DNA from: Ignavibacteria bacterium
GTDB taxonomy: Bacteria; Elusimicrobiota; Endomicrobiia; PHAN01
Assembly (NCBI GenBank): GCA_041694835.1
Contig: JBGFRZ010000032.1
Span: forward strand, 12,544 to 76,543
DNA length: 64,000 bases
Reading direction: 5' to 3'
Of this stretch, positions 19,021-27,174 are shown piece after piece. The notes under the pieces were generated by a model. That model ran no database searches. It was not told the origin of the DNA and worked only from the letters and a program-made list of their open reading frames with translations. The translations under genes were made by a program, and so were the position numbers. Position 1 is the first letter of the stretch. Each line of letters starts with the position of its first letter.

Positions 19021-19033
19021 CTCTGACCTCTCA
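18874..19033. repeat. bipartite heptamer array forming the N-terminus of the barrel ORF
   Basis: GAATAGC/GAATAGA units, then CTCTCAT/CTCTGAC/CTCTGTC units. Confidence 0.85.
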
Positions 19034-19048
19034 CATTAGTACCCTCTT

Positions 19049-22000
19049 TCATCTTGATACCGTCACAGTTCCGTTTATTACTTTGTCGTCGGATTCAATC
19101 TGATAGATATAAATTCCCGAGGGCACTTTGTTTCCGAATTCGTCGTCGCCATCCCACCTTAAAGATGTTTCACGGTTTGGTCCCCTTTTATTCAGTTTTT
19201 TGACAAACCGCCCCATTTTGTCGAATATAAATCCGACGACTCTTTCTTCAATTCCCGGCGGGCCGTCAAAATTTATAATCAAAAAATCATTTTTATTGTC
19301 GCCGTTCGGGGTTATTATTTTCGGATAAACGTCATCTTTTCCTACCGAGAATGTTGAGCGATTCGTTAGTTTTAGTTGAAATTTTCCCAGAACTGACGCT
19401 GCCACTGAAATCGTCTTGTTGAATCTGTCGACGGCACCACCGAATCTGATCCATCTCACTCCGTTGAACCAGTAAACGGCATACTCGCTTTCATAAGAAC
19501 CCGGGGACATCACCGCAGAACCCCTGTCAAAGTAAGTAAACGATATATTGAAAGTTTGTTCTTTTGGAACATTTTTTTCTTTATTTGATTTTATATCCCG
19601 AAGTGCTACAACAAAAGATTTTACCACGCGGCCGATTTTTTCCTCAGGCACTTCTGTAATCCTGAGCACTGAGTTCTCAGGCAAAATGGCCGATGTCTCA
19701 ACAAACAAGTCTTTATTGTCGCTCATTACTATTATAACCGGCGCAGTCTTCGATGCCACTATTGCCGACGGCAGGCTTTCGTTTGAATATATATCCACAG
19801 CCTTTATCGTGTAATAATAAACGTTTTTTTTTGTGTCTTGAGAAAATTCGTTCGACTTTAACGGAAGCATCGTTATTTTTTCGTATATCCCATCCATCGA
19901 AGTGCTCCTGTAAACAAGATAACCGTCGATGTCGTAAATCGGGCTCAGGTCCTCGTTGTATTTAACTTCATCCCAAAATATTTGAAAAATCCCGCCCGAA
20001 AAACTCCCGCGAACTCCGGTGGGAGCAAGTGGGGGCATTTTATCGACGACCTTATCGGTCATAACGTTGACAATATCAGTAGGGGCGGTTATTATTCCGT
20101 CGCCATTGAAGCCATATAGACGGTAGTAGTATGTGGTGGAATGGCTCAAATTTCCATCGGTATAAGTTGAAGAAGAACCAGATATATTGTCGCTTACAAC
20201 TGAAAAAAATAAGCCGTCAAGGGATCTCTCGAGTCTAAACTTGCTGGAGCCGCCCGTCGGAGATTGCCAGGAGAGCGTAATTGAATTTTTTGTTTTGGCT
20301 ATACTCCCCAAATTTCCGGGCGGATTGGCCAGGGTGTATTTTGAAACTACCGATGAACCGAATGAAACGCCGCTTGCATTCCCCGCTTTGATATATCTTG
20401 AATATTGTGTATTGGGTTCTAAACCGATTTCGTTCCAAGATATTGTTTCGTTTCCTTCAAGATTTTTCAACAGATGATTATCACCGGCTCTATAAATCTG
20501 ATAATATGTCGCAGATGATGTTATCTCCCATGTCCAGTTGATCGCCACCGTGCTAACGGCTACCCCGCGAAAACCCAACGGCTCTGAAGGAATTGCCGGA
20601 AGTGTGATAGTTGAGATTGTTGTATCATATATCGTGGGTATACCCTCGCTATTGAACGCCTGAACCTTGTAGTAATATGTAGTCGCAGGCTCTAACCCTG
20701 CCGAGTCAGTAAATGTTGTGCCCGTTTGGTTGTTTGCAAATGAGCTCAAGGTAAAGGTAGAGGTGAAGAAGTTATTCGTTGAGCGCAATACTCCCCATCT
20801 GGTTGATGCCGGATTTCCGTTATTGCTCCATGTGATTTCTATTGAATGTGAAGTCCTCTTTAAAACATAACTATCAACGGGTGGCATCGCCATGGTATAT
20901 CTTGAAGCGACGTTGGATGAAGATATTGATACGCTATTATATGCCGCCACATACCTGCTATAATTAGTATTAGCGGAAAAATTAGTTTCAAGCCAGATCG
21001 TCGTTCCGTGCGGCAACTCTGATAGCAATGCGTTTGTGGAACTAAATATCCTGAAACCATCTTCGTCAGGGGAGTTGTCTTTCCATGACCATAAAATCGA
21101 ACCTGTCGACAAAACCATGCCGCTAAACTCCGAAGGAGCGGATGGAACTCCGATGGGGCGGGTTGAAACGACGGAGGAAAAGGCACTTATAAAAATCTGC
21201 GGTGGAGCATCGTAAGAGTTCATCTTGTAAAAATATGTCGTTCCGTTGGTGACAGAGGTATCAACATAAGTATTGCTACGCGTAGTTCCTATAAGGGAAT
21301 AGGTATTTCCGTCGGTTGAACGGTGAATTTCGTAGTAATCGAAGTCAAGATAACCGAGCTGCCCGAGCATATCATTCCAAAAAAGCTCAACCAACCCGCT
21401 TGAAGCCACTGATTTGAGCCCGGTTGGAGGAGCGGGAACAATATCAAGGGCATAGCTGAACGCCTGTGTGAGCGACACAGTCGGCTCATCGATGGGAGAG
21501 ATATTTCCGTCGGCGTCTTTTGATTTAATTGAAAAATAATATGTTGAAGAAGGGAAAAGACCGGAAATTCCGGTAATCTCTTCGGAGCCTGGAGATTGGG
21601 GGGACGGTGTATTATTAAGCGAAGTGGCGACACTCCACCATGCAGTGGTATCTCCCAAAAGTGAGTTTATGGAAAACGTGGCGTATTTTATGATGTACTC
21701 TGAAACTTTCTTGTTCTGAGGAATATCTCCGGGGGCAATCCATGAGAGTTTGATCTCCCCTTCGCTCGCCCCTGTTACAGCAACAATGGATGTAACCGCT
21801 CTCGGCGGATAAATATCCGCGATATAGTGTGAATTTTCATCCGACCATACGCTCTTCAACAAGCCCGAATCTATTGAAGCAACTGAAAAATAATATGTCG
21901 TTCTTATGGCAAGTTTTTTTATCAATATACTGTTAGTCGTGCCGATTCTTTTGGGCCTCGGATAGTTTCCCGAAAACGGTGTCGCCCATTGCGGACTCAC

Positions 22001-24094
22001 GACATAACTTGAAGGGTTTATGCTGAAGGGGGCCGTCGCCATCCTGACAAGATAGTTGAGTGACTGCTGAGGTGTTTTATCATCGGAACCGTCTTGAAAA
22101 GATATGACCAGATTTTCGTCGATATATTCTGCGATTGGCCCTGGCGGAGCTGATGGCGCAGCGTTGATTTTACCTGAATCTCTGTATGTGTTTTTGTAAA
22201 TTCTTATCAAATTCGAAATGCCCGAAGACGGCGACCCCGAAACGACGAGATCCAGATCCCCATCGTTGTCTATGTCGCCGAAAACGACCGATGAGAGCTG
22301 GAGACCGAGATTCTGACCAAGAATCTCCTGGTCGGAATAAAACGTTCCGGAAGAATTCTTAAACAATATAAATCTCAAAAGACCGTTATTGTCCCTCCCT
22401 GTCACAACAATATCCGGCCATCCGTCGGTGTTGTAATCGCCGAAGGCAAGCGAGCTATTGTCAACACCTGCAGCCAAACCCATTGGCTCCTGGTCGAGGC
22501 TAAAAACACCGTTTGTATTCTTAAAAAGAATAAGCCGTCTACCAGATGCTGTTCCATCAATTGTTCCGCTTACCGCTATATCCAGATCGCCGTCGAGGTC
22601 GTAGTCGCAAAAAGCCACAGAGCCGTTCTCAAGACCGATATTGACACCTAAGGGTTCTTGGTCGATTAAAAAAGTTCCGGAAGAATTCCTAAATAAAATG
22701 AATCTCCTGTTGCCTGTCGTATCTCTGCCTATGGCAGCAAGGTCAACCCATCCATCTTTGTTGTAGTCGCCGACGGACAGTGCCGAGTTGGAAAGCCCTG
22801 TCAAATCAAAACGCATCGTAAAACTTGAATTGTTGTTCTCATACACCCTTAAGTATCTGTTGTTGGGCAAACTACCAGGTCCGATGCCGCTTACGACAAT
22901 GTCGTTGTCACCGTCATTGTCGAAATCCATCAAAACAACACACCCCATGACAAATCCGTCGGCGGAACCCATTGGTTCGCTGTCCAGAACAAACGGTGGA
23001 GTGCCGGAGGTGTTTCTGTAAACAAAAAATCTCCTGGTTGAGCCGTCAGGTGAACCGACCGCGATCTTGTCATCTTTACCGTCGGAATTTATGTCGCCGA
23101 AATAGAGGGAACTAGCCTGAAGGCCGACGGGAAATTCCTGCCACAACGAAAAATTTCCGACAGAATTTCTGTATATAACGTTTTTTCTGCTCACACCATC
23201 AAAGCCGCTGACAGCCAAATCTATGTAGCCGTCTGTGTCTATATCCGAAAAAGAAAAGCCGTTTTCGCTCGACAAAACATCACGAAGCCCCTCGAATGTT
23301 TGTGAGAGAAAAAAAGACGACGATACTGCAGTCGCCGTAGATGACCAGTTTGACTGGTTAGAGTTTTCGTCGAATGCAGATATCCATATATAGTGGGTGG
23401 CCGACGGGAGGAGCGAGGTGAGCATGAAGACATGGCTTGTGGCTGGTGAAAAATTCGATGATATAGAGATTTGATAAGTCGCTGTTTGCGGTGTGTCGGA
23501 AGGATTCGTTGAATATCTTATTAAAAATCCGCCGCCGACTACCGAGCCGTTGTAAACATCATCGCCGGGAGCCGTCCATGTAAGTAAAATCTGGGCGGAC
23601 AGCGTCGCCGAAAGATTCGTGATCTGCCCGGGAGGCAGTAAATCCCTCTGCGCCCAAGATGTAGCGGCATTAGAGATTGGAGAAAAGTTGGCAGGCGGAG
23701 ATGATGTCCAAATTCTGAAAAAGTATGTCGCCCCGCCGGTCAAACCGGTTATTGTGTGGCTTTGCGGCGCGCCGGAATTAACATTTGATGTGGATATTCT
23801 TATTTGCGCCGAAGCGGTTGACCAAACAACGTCGGAATCCTGCGAATGCTGTATGAAATATGTCGAACCAACAGGGAGGGAAGATGGACCGGGATACATC
23901 CATCCCAACACAACCCCGCCTTCGGACTGCCCCCGGGTGGCGTTTAGATTTGTAACGGGGGACGGCTGGGCCGAAAGATAAAAAGGCCCCGCTATTAAAA
24001 AAAAGACAATTAGCGCTCCGTGACAAAAATAAAAAGCCCCCGCAAACCCGCGGTGGCTTGTAGATAAATGACTGACAAAATTAATTTTTATCAT
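19049..24094 (-). CDS. large surface protein: Fn3-like repeats, 7-blade FG-GAP propeller, T9SS type-B-like (gliding-motility-associated) C-terminal domain
   Basis: Seven DxDxDGxxD motifs; LxWxAPGD and Fn3 repeats; C-terminal ITPNGDNKND...IFDKMG...WDG...VPSGIYIYQI; start uncertain. Confidence 0.85.
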   Translation of the reverse strand: MIKINFVSHLSTSHRGFAGAFYFCHGALIVFFLIAGPFYLSAQPSPVTNLNATRGQSEGGVVLGWMYPGPSSLPVGSTYFIQHSQDSDVVWSTASAQIRISTSNVNSGAPQSHTITGLTGGATYFFRIWTSSPPANFSPISNAATSWAQRDLLPPGQITNLSATLSAQILLTWTAPGDDVYNGSVVGGGFLIRYSTNPSDTPQTATYQISISSNFSPATSHVFMLTSLLPSATHYIWISAFDENSNQSNWSSTATAVSSSFFLSQTFEGLRDVLSSENGFSFSDIDTDGYIDLAVSGFDGVSRKNVIYRNSVGNFSLWQEFPVGLQASSLYFGDINSDGKDDKIAVGSPDGSTRRFFVYRNTSGTPPFVLDSEPMGSADGFVMGCVVLMDFDNDGDNDIVVSGIGPGSLPNNRYLRVYENNNSSFTMRFDLTGLSNSALSVGDYNKDGWVDLAAIGRDTTGNRRFILFRNSSGTFLIDQEPLGVNIGLENGSVAFCDYDLDGDLDIAVSGTIDGTASGRRLILFKNTNGVFSLDQEPMGLAAGVDNSSLAFGDYNTDGWPDIVVTGRDNNGLLRFILFKNSSGTFYSDQEILGQNLGLQLSSVVFGDIDNDGDLDLVVSGSPSSGISNLIRIYKNTYRDSGKINAAPSAPPGPIAEYIDENLVISFQDGSDDKTPQQSLNYLVRMATAPFSINPSSYVVSPQWATPFSGNYPRPKRIGTTNSILIKKLAIRTTYYFSVASIDSGLLKSVWSDENSHYIADIYPPRAVTSIVAVTGASEGEIKLSWIAPGDIPQNKKVSEYIIKYATFSINSLLGDTTAWWSVATSLNNTPSPQSPGSEEITGISGLFPSSTYYFSIKSKDADGNISPIDEPTVSLTQAFSYALDIVPAPPTGLKSVASSGLVELFWNDMLGQLGYLDFDYYEIHRSTDGNTYSLIGTTRSNTYVDTSVTNGTTYFYKMNSYDAPPQIFISAFSSVVSTRPIGVPSAPSEFSGMVLSTGSILWSWKDNSPDEDGFRIFSSTNALLSELPHGTTIWLETNFSANTNYSRYVAAYNSVSISSSNVASRYTMAMPPVDSYVLKRTSHSIEITWSNNGNPASTRWGVLRSTNNFFTSTFTLSSFANNQTGTTFTDSAGLEPATTYYYKVQAFNSEGIPTIYDTTISTITLPAIPSEPLGFRGVAVSTVAINWTWEITSSATYYQIYRAGDNHLLKNLEGNETISWNEIGLEPNTQYSRYIKAGNASGVSFGSSVVSKYTLANPPGNLGSIAKTKNSITLSWQSPTGGSSKFRLERSLDGLFFSVVSDNISGSSSTYTDGNLSHSTTYYYRLYGFNGDGIITAPTDIVNVMTDKVVDKMPPLAPTGVRGSFSGGIFQIFWDEVKYNEDLSPIYDIDGYLVYRSTSMDGIYEKITMLPLKSNEFSQDTKKNVYYYTIKAVDIYSNESLPSAIVASKTAPVIIVMSDNKDLFVETSAILPENSVLRITEVPEEKIGRVVKSFVVALRDIKSNKEKNVPKEQTFNISFTYFDRGSAVMSPGSYESEYAVYWFNGVRWIRFGGAVDRFNKTISVAASVLGKFQLKLTNRSTFSVGKDDVYPKIITPNGDNKNDFLIINFDGPPGIEERVVGFIFDKMGRFVKKLNKRGPNRETSLRWDGDDEFGNKVPSGIYIYQIESDDKVINGTVTVSR
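24025..24059 (-). terminator. intrinsic terminator-like hairpin downstream of the riboswitch
   Basis: AAGCCACCGC-GGGTTT-GCGGGGGCTT followed by TTTATTTTT on the minus strand. Confidence 0.65.
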
Positions 24095-24097
24095 TGT

Positions 24098-24271
24098 TTC
24101 GGTAGCCCAGCCGGCATCCGTTCAAACCCGAACCCCGTCGCCTTTCAACGACGGATTGTCCCATAACGCGGGATTTAGCCCTGTTGGCTTTGCGTCCCCC
24201 GGTTTCCCGGCATCCCGACACAAAATCGGAACGTTCCCATATGACCAGCAGGGAAGGTTTGCCTTTGTCGC
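24098..24271 (-). ncRNA. cyclic-di-GMP-I (GEMM-I) riboswitch with two expanded regions
   Basis: AAAGGCAAACC ... CCGG-GAAA-CCGG-GGGACGCAAAGCC ... GGGCTAAA ... ATGCCGGCTGGGCTACCG matches the GEMM-I consensus; G at the Vc2-G20-equivalent position. Confidence 0.75.
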
Positions 24272-24277
24272 TATAAT

Positions 24278-24453
24278 GAGATTATTGAAAAACCCATCTT
24301 TTTCACTTAAAGGGCAGTTTCTTAACGGTTAAAAGTTTCAATCAGACCGCAAAACTCCTCGCTTTGCTCGTCAGACATTGCGGTCTAAACGATTTCAACT
24401 TTTAACCTGAAACTGCCAAATCGTTCAAAAGATTAAGGTTTTTCAACGAGCTC
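24278..24453. mobile_element. 176-bp MITE (family A, copy 2), TSD ATAAT
   Basis: ATAAT at 24273-24277 and 24454-24458; near-identical to copies 1 and 3. Confidence 0.92.
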
Positions 24454-24509
24454 ATAATACAATATATATAGTGAAAATAATTTTGTTTGTCAAGGTTTTT
24501 TTCAAAACT

Positions 24510-27152
24510 TTAGACAACGCATATATTGGAATAAGGACAGTTCCTGCAGTAAAGCTCGTCATCGCTATCCCTTTCAAACGGAGTTTTGGGGTCAAATATC
24601 CCGGAAATCAACGCTTTTAGCGAAGGTAAAAATATGCCGTTCATGGCATCGGCCGCGTTATTCTTGAAAATGCTCACCTCTTCTATCTCCCTTATCGAAT
24701 AAAACTCCGCATTTATCCTCTCCAAAGGAAGTCGTGGGTTTTCTCGCCAGAAAAGAAAGACATAAACGGGCAGTTGGAAAGATTTTATTTTTTTTCTCAT
24801 GGTTTTTCTGTCGTTTATCGCGCCATCCAGGTTTTTTAGCGGAGTTTTAAACTCCCCGCTCTTATAATCAACTATGAAAAAATCGTCACATCTTCTATCG
24901 AGCCTGTCAGCCCGTCCCTTTAACCTGACAAAGGTTTCTCCTTCCAACTCAAGCCTTGAACGCAGTTTAACTTCAGTCGCGATAATCTCGCAATCTCTCC
25001 TGTTTTTTTCAAAATCAAAAAAACTCAAAAGTTTGTTCTTGACAATATCTCTCAACAGATAGATTTCTCCGCGGATTTCGCCGAAATCGTTTTTTAGATG
25101 AAAATCCATTAGTTCCAGAAGACGATTTTTATCTTCATCCGAAAGATTTAGTTTTTTTCCGACAAAAGGTCTGAAAAATTCATCCAAAATTGAATGAAGG
25201 CATCTTCCTATGCGGCTTGCGTCCGGATCCCGTTGGACGTCCTCCCTTTCCTTGAAGTTGAGCAAGGATGAAAAATAAAACCTGGCGGGACAGTTCAGGT
25301 AAACGTCTATCGCAGTGGGCGAAAGTTCTATATCCGACAATAATCTCATTGTGTTTTCGGATTTCCCGAGCGACGCACTTCTTTTTTCGTCGGCGTCTAT
25401 GCGGAAAAAAACCGGAGAAACTTCCGACTCTTCGGATTCGACCGATTTTGAGTTCATCTGTTTTTCCCAGATTATCTCTTCAATGTATCTGCTTCTGGTA
25501 TCTTTGCTGTGTTCACTGTATATCAGATGAACTTCCCTGGCCGAATTTACGAGATTCATGAAATTTTTTCTGAACACTTTCTCCCTCTCCCTGTAAGTCG
25601 GAAGTCCAAGATGCATTCTTGTAGCCGGAGGCAGAATCGGATCGTGTTTCGAAATGTTCGGAACTATTCTTTCATTTACGTCCAAAACTATGACTTTATC
25701 AAAACTTAGGTTTCGAATCTCAAGCATCCCAAGTATCTGAAGCCCGCCCAGAGGCGTGCCCGAGAAGGGTATTGTTTCAGTCGATATGAAATATCTGAAA
25801 AGCTCGAAAAGAGATGGCGGTTCCATGGCTTTATCAGAAAACATTGTTTTCTTCATTTTCTCAAAGAGCTCAAAAAATTTTTTAGTATATTGCGCGCCGA
25901 AGGGCTGGGTCTTAAGCAGAGATTCTGTTATAATAAATTTTAAGATATTTGCGAATTTTACAGCCAACTCGCGAAATGTGCGAATTTCCTCCGACGAAAT
26001 CGTCAATTCCTTGTGGAGCCCACTTAAAAGAACGCTTTGACCCAAAATACTTTCTATTTCATCTAGCGAGCAAAAGGCCTTGTTCACGCGAGACGATATC
26101 ATATCTTCCACTTCTTCCGTCCTGATGGGCAGAGCGGAAAGTATGTTTTTTACATATGGGTGAAAAATGACGGAAAGGTAGTCTCGCATGTAATATTCGT
26201 TGCCGACGCGGGACTCTTCAAGTCTGATTATTGTCTCAAGAAACGTGTAAACGGGTGTCCTGACGAGAGGATAACCCATGGTGACGTTGTAGTCCACCTC
26301 CAATTTGCCCACAACCTCGGATAAAAGAGGAATCAGAGCATCCGACTGCGGCAAAATAACGGCTGTCCGGTCGGGGTCGAAATCTTCCGATAAAATCTCT
26401 CCAACCTTTCTTACTTGCGAATGGGTGTCAAAAGCCGAATATATAAACACCCCTTCCGTTTTCCATTTATTCCCGGAGTTTCTTACAACCGTTATTGTGT
26501 TCTTTAACGAACGGAGCTTGTTCAGAATTTTTTGCTCAAGCCTCAATGGTTCGAATATGCCGCAAAGATAAATTGATTTGTAATCTTTCAGGTGCTCTTC
26601 GGATATATTTTCCGAGACAACTTTAAAATTCAAAGCCGCCGTGGTCAAATTTCTATTCCTGAGCTCTTTGCGGAAAGCATCTCTTATTTCGCCAAGATTC
26701 GCAAGTATGTTGAGGAGTTTCGGGGGTATATTTTCGGAATGCAGAGACTTCAGGCTATCGTTCTCAACGTCACAGATATCTATTTCATCGATGACATTGA
26801 AGATTCTTAGTCCCCACATATAAAAACCGCTGAAGTTGCCGGAAAACGATTTTATCTTAAGCTTGTTTATGACCTCGAAAAGAAGCCACACCTTATCAAG
26901 CTCTTCTATAATCCCAACGCCGGGATTTATTTTTTGCGATATATAGTTTACAAATCCACTTATAGAAAAAACGGCGGGTGGCAGAAACGGCCCGTTCAGT
27001 TTTTCGCTTAAATACTTTATGAAATAATGCGAAGGTCTTTTATTCGGAAAGATCGCCACGATGCCGGACAAATCATTCCCCCCATCGTTCTTCATGATAT
27101 GATCGGCAATTTTTTCTATGATGTTTTCGTTTTGCGACAATTTGATTATCAT
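24510..27152 (-). CDS. AddB/RexB-like inactive-helicase + PD-(D/E)XK nuclease with 4Fe-4S cysteines
   Basis: FPNKR, GLQILGMLEIRNLSFD, YLNCP, GRADRLD...IVDYKSG, QLPVY and CRNCPYSNIC. Confidence 0.8.
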   Translation of the reverse strand: MIIKLSQNENIIEKIADHIMKNDGGNDLSGIVAIFPNKRPSHYFIKYLSEKLNGPFLPPAVFSISGFVNYISQKINPGVGIIEELDKVWLLFEVINKLKIKSFSGNFSGFYMWGLRIFNVIDEIDICDVENDSLKSLHSENIPPKLLNILANLGEIRDAFRKELRNRNLTTAALNFKVVSENISEEHLKDYKSIYLCGIFEPLRLEQKILNKLRSLKNTITVVRNSGNKWKTEGVFIYSAFDTHSQVRKVGEILSEDFDPDRTAVILPQSDALIPLLSEVVGKLEVDYNVTMGYPLVRTPVYTFLETIIRLEESRVGNEYYMRDYLSVIFHPYVKNILSALPIRTEEVEDMISSRVNKAFCSLDEIESILGQSVLLSGLHKELTISSEEIRTFRELAVKFANILKFIITESLLKTQPFGAQYTKKFFELFEKMKKTMFSDKAMEPPSLFELFRYFISTETIPFSGTPLGGLQILGMLEIRNLSFDKVIVLDVNERIVPNISKHDPILPPATRMHLGLPTYREREKVFRKNFMNLVNSAREVHLIYSEHSKDTRSRYIEEIIWEKQMNSKSVESEESEVSPVFFRIDADEKRSASLGKSENTMRLLSDIELSPTAIDVYLNCPARFYFSSLLNFKEREDVQRDPDASRIGRCLHSILDEFFRPFVGKKLNLSDEDKNRLLELMDFHLKNDFGEIRGEIYLLRDIVKNKLLSFFDFEKNRRDCEIIATEVKLRSRLELEGETFVRLKGRADRLDRRCDDFFIVDYKSGEFKTPLKNLDGAINDRKTMRKKIKSFQLPVYVFLFWRENPRLPLERINAEFYSIREIEEVSIFKNNAADAMNGIFLPSLKALISGIFDPKTPFERDSDDELYCRNCPYSNICVV

Positions 27153-27174
27153 AAAATGTCGGTTCTTGAAACTT

